A stretch of 63,594 nt of DNA, counting the filler, from Nemertoderma westbladi (lineage: Eukaryota > Animalia > Xenacoelomorpha): assembly GCA_032718475.1 (NCBI GenBank). It is 4 parts of 4 records of this genome, joined end to end, with 100 filler letters (N's around TTAATTAATTAA, not from the genome) between each part and the next. Parts side by side here need not be neighbours in the genome. Positions count along the whole stretch, not along the records: positions 58,181 to 63,594 come from JAUCBJ010003547.1; 3 more parts are not named here. One strand, given 5' to 3'. Made by a program: the position numbers and the translations under genes. The stretch's first letter is position 1, and each line of letters begins with the position of its first letter. The notes below the pieces were generated by a model. It was not told the origin of the DNA, did no database searches, and saw only the letters and a program-made list of their open reading frames with translations. Positions 60,049 through 63,594 of this stretch are shown here, in pieces.

Positions 60049-62015
60049 ACCTATATAAGGCGCAGTACGAGTCCCGACTCAAACAGACTACAGCGGCCAA
60101 GAATGCAGTTAAGACTGCATCTAGGTCCCTGAACAGGCAGTACTCTGTTAATCTACAGGAGCTAATAAACCAACAGGTTGATGCCATCAATGATGCTGAC
60201 GACAGCAGGCAATCATCCCAGGCATGGAAATCGACCAACTTGCTTATACTGGGCGGAAAAGCCAACCAACCACCAAGGTTAAGGCTGAATCACCAGCCGA
60301 TCGCCTCAATGGTTGGAAGGCCCACTTTGAAAAGCTCCTCAATAATGACAGGGTATTGCCTGATAACTTTATAGAAGTAAAAGTGTCGTCTGAGTCTGTA
60401 CTTCCCAGATATTCCCATTGGCGATATCTCCTTTGCAGAAGTGAAGGCTGCTGCAAAGAGCATTAAGACCAATCGTGCCAGTGGAGTAGATGGTGTTCCC
60501 CCTGAGGTCTTTAAAATACCTGAGTGTTTAAAGCTCATCTATCCCATCATAGTAGACATGTACAGTACAACAAGAGTCCCACAAGAAATGAAAACAAATA
60601 AGTTGGTGCCAGTTCCCAAGAAGGGCAACCTAACACTCTATGGTTCTTTTCGGGGAATCTCATTGATCTCGATTGCTGCAAATCTATACAATAGAATTAT
60701 ATTAAATCGCATCAGGGATCCCATTGAGAGACTGCTCCGTGGAAATCAGAATGGGTTCCGTAAAGGTCGTGGGACCATGGAGCCCATTTTGGCACTTAGA
60801 AGGATAATTGAAGAGTTATCAAAAAAGAAAGACAAGCATCTGGCTGTTATCTTTGTTGACTTCTTCAAGGCCTTTGATTCAGTCTCCCGCTCACGTATGT
60901 TCAGCATACTTTCATTATATGGGATTCCTAATGAAATTATTGCAGCAATCAGATCAGTATACGATGGTTCGACAACATTTGTGTCTTCTGTTGATGGTGA
61001 CACAGAACCATTTGAAGTGTTATGGGGCGTCCTCCAGGGAGACACACTTGCACCATTCTTGTTCATAATTGTGGTTGACTATGTTCTACGCATGTCCTTA
61101 GATCATCATAATGATGATGGGGTGATGATAACTCCACCTACTGGTTCCAGAAGTCGAGGAAATCCTGCCAAGTACCTAACTGATCTAGACTTTGCTGATG
61201 ACTTAGGAGTACTCTCAGAATCACTAGAGGGAGCCCAACGGCTCCTCAGCTCATTAGAACATGCTGCTTCTAGTGTTGGTCTTTTTATTAACTCCAGAAA
61301 GACCAAAATTTTGACAGTTAACTTTGAAAGTTCTCAGCAAGTCTCTGATCGGATGAGCATAAGCTCAAAGGATGGTATGCTTGAGCATGTGGACGATTTC
61401 TGTTACCTGGGATCATGGATCCGGAAGTCAGGTGAGGACCTTCGAATACGTAAGGGAAAGGCATGGGCAGCCTTGAATAGGCTTTCCAGGATTTGGAAGT
61501 CACCGAGAATTAATCGGAAACTTAAGGTCCGATTATTTAGAGCAGCAGTAGTTCCAGTACTCCTCTATGGGAGACCATGCTGGGCTCTAACTGCTGAGGA
61601 CACCAAATCTCTGGATGGCACATTCACAAGAATGCTACGCCGGGTTCATTGTGTCAATTACAATGCACACATCTCCAACTAGACACTATATAACATTGGA
61701 GGTGTCTCATTGGTTCCCCCAAGCTTGACACTAGAACAAAATCGCCTCCGCTTTGCAGGACATTGCTTTCGCCGTGAGGACCAGCCAGTGCATAATCTTG
61801 TACTTTGGCAGCCTCATGGAGTGAATAAGCATGGTGGACAGCCCATGACTTTCTTGAGACGCATCTTAAAGGACACTGGCCTTGAAGATGCGGATGATCT
61901 AGCAAATGTCATGGGTGATAGGGAGTTGTGGCGGCGCAATTTTGTCGACAAGCCGGCACAGCATTCTTAAAAATGCAGCTGCAATGCAGCATGCCGATAC
62001 TAGTAGTAGTAGTAG
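60049..62015 (+). mobile_element. 5'-truncated RTE-clade LINE
   Basis: RT ORF, (TAG)n tail at 62001-62015, AAAATG duplicated at 60043-60048 and 62016-62021. Confidence 0.92.
60441..61970 (+). pseudogene. RTE reverse transcriptase (frameshifted ORF)
   Basis: VPVPKKGNL..FRGISL, QNGFRKGR, FVDFFKAFDSV, GVLQGDTLAPFLF, LDFADD, FCYLGS, RLRFAGHCFR. Confidence 0.93.
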
Positions 62016-63594
62016 AAAATGTTAAATTTCTCGTGAACGCCTCATTTTCCAGAGCTGAAATTTTGGTTGCTTGTAGAGAATCATAAAGTCTATCTTCTAC
62101 GAAATTGAAAAGTTAAGACATTTAATTGGGGATCGGCTAGAGACTCCGAAGTAATGACATAGGCCTACCGGTACGGTACTGCTGTACTGTACACGTTCGT
62201 GGGGACTTCGCGCAGCACGAGAGTGCCTACGTACAAATTTTGGTTTAATTTAATCTGCAATTGCCCGACTTATTTCGGTTTTTACAAAAAGTCTGAACTG
62301 CAATTGCCCGACTTATTTCGGTTTTTATAAAAAGTCTGAAACTACCGGTACCGAGTGTACAGTCTTGTTTTGATAAAAACTCAAATTATTTCTAAACTTC
62401 TAATAGACTGCATACATAATAACAAAGTTGGTTTAATTCTAGTTATTATTGTTGGCTTTAAAGAATTAATATAAAAAACGTTAAAAATTTGCTTTGGCAC
62501 AGATATGATGCGAACCAGCGCGAGAAGATCCCATTGGATGGCTAGTCCAATGCCTTATCCACCCACGTATTACAGTTTTATACTGCAATTTCGTAATCAC
62601 TACTGATGAACATTACAGCAGCAATTAACTGTACCGGTAGGCCTACGCATTTTCCGAGTCTCTAGCGGATCCCCAATTAACTGTCTTAACTTTTCAATTT
62701 CGTAAAAGATAGACTTCATGATTATCTACGAGTAACCAAAATTTCAGCTCTGAAAAATGTGGCATTCCTGAGAAATTTAACATTTTGTACAAAGCACATA
62801 ATCTGTCGTAGCTGACGTCAGACTGCATGATTTTTCACCAAACTTCACAAATTTTCTAAACTTTCCTCTTACTACTTATCTACTAAGTTTGGTTCAATTC
62901 TGAACCAGCGATGCCGAGAAATTCGCGTTCAGAAATTTACCAGACAGACAGACAGACAGACAGACGGACATGCCCCATTGCATTGGAGCCTATATGAGTC
63001 GTATGCCAAAGCTCGCCGACTACGTGTCTCGCCCCACAAGCTGACAAGTACGAAATTGCAGAATAATAATTTGACACCACCTAGCGGATTAATATACTGT
63101 ATAATTGTATATCGATCGAATACATTTTATAGCATGGGGTATAGCAGGGTCCGAGCCACGAAGTTGGTGGAGCCTTTGCGAACTGGCGCTATCTCTTAGG
63201 GGGGTAGGTCAATTATGGCAAATAGTTCATTCAATACTTGATACTGTATGTCATCATCGTCGCTACGATTTTGACTTACTTATATCTTCATCGGATTTAA
63301 AGCTTTCGAGTCTAAAATTAGTAGGCATCAATAAGACCATAAGTTTTGTTTTTTAGGGACTTCCAGACACCATCAAATCCCCAGTCTCTCGCTAGAGGGC
63401 TCTTTTCTTTAAACCCGTTCTAGCTGAAACTTGGCATATTTGTACTAGACCATTAACTGTGTCATTCAAAGGAGGCTCATCTGTCTGTAGTTCTCTAGTC
63501 TGCCGCTAGAGGGCAAAATGTCTCAAAGTGCAATCACTGATTTAGCTGAAACATCAGATATGTGCTAGAACACGTCCGGTGTGTTTGCCGGGCT

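Larger units (their letters stand above)
59606..63038. mobile_element. Foldback/MITE with long inverted arms, left arm interrupted by an RTE LINE
   Basis: TGTGGGGCGAGACACGT / ACGTGTCTCGCCCCACA ends. 59865-60040 is inverted to 62828-63020, and 62016-62150 is inverted to 62650-62787. Confidence 0.85.

Overview
AT-rich, repeat-dense animal (invertebrate-like) genomic DNA. It consists of four contigs joined by artificial N-TTAATTAATTAA-N spacers, so adjacency across them is unproven. Host genes: an intronless, greatly expanded CAAP1 homolog (33480-37319), the last exon of a K50 paired-class homeobox gene, probably goosecoid (39766-40110, absent from the ORF track), and a decayed C2H2 zinc-finger array. 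Mobile DNA dominates. There is the left end of an apparently intact Polinton/Maverick (adintovirus-like) element with a PC4-like ORF, a protein-primed PolB and a ~300-nt non-coding hairpin unit. Also present are a pogo-type transposase, a BEL/Pao LTR element split by a LINE insertion and then inverted, RTE/L2/Penelope LINE pieces, tRNA-derived SINEs, many MITEs and minisatellites. The most unusual signal is a recurrent 8-bp micro-insertion of the form 5-bp duplication + CAG/CTG + 5-bp duplication. It is shown to be an insertion by comparing repeat copies and by the frameshift it causes in the transposase. It looks like the excision scar of an unidentified DNA transposon and occurs alongside abundant TA-type scars (TACAGTA, TAGGCCTA, TACCGGTA). 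All calls are from reading the sequence; no searches were run.
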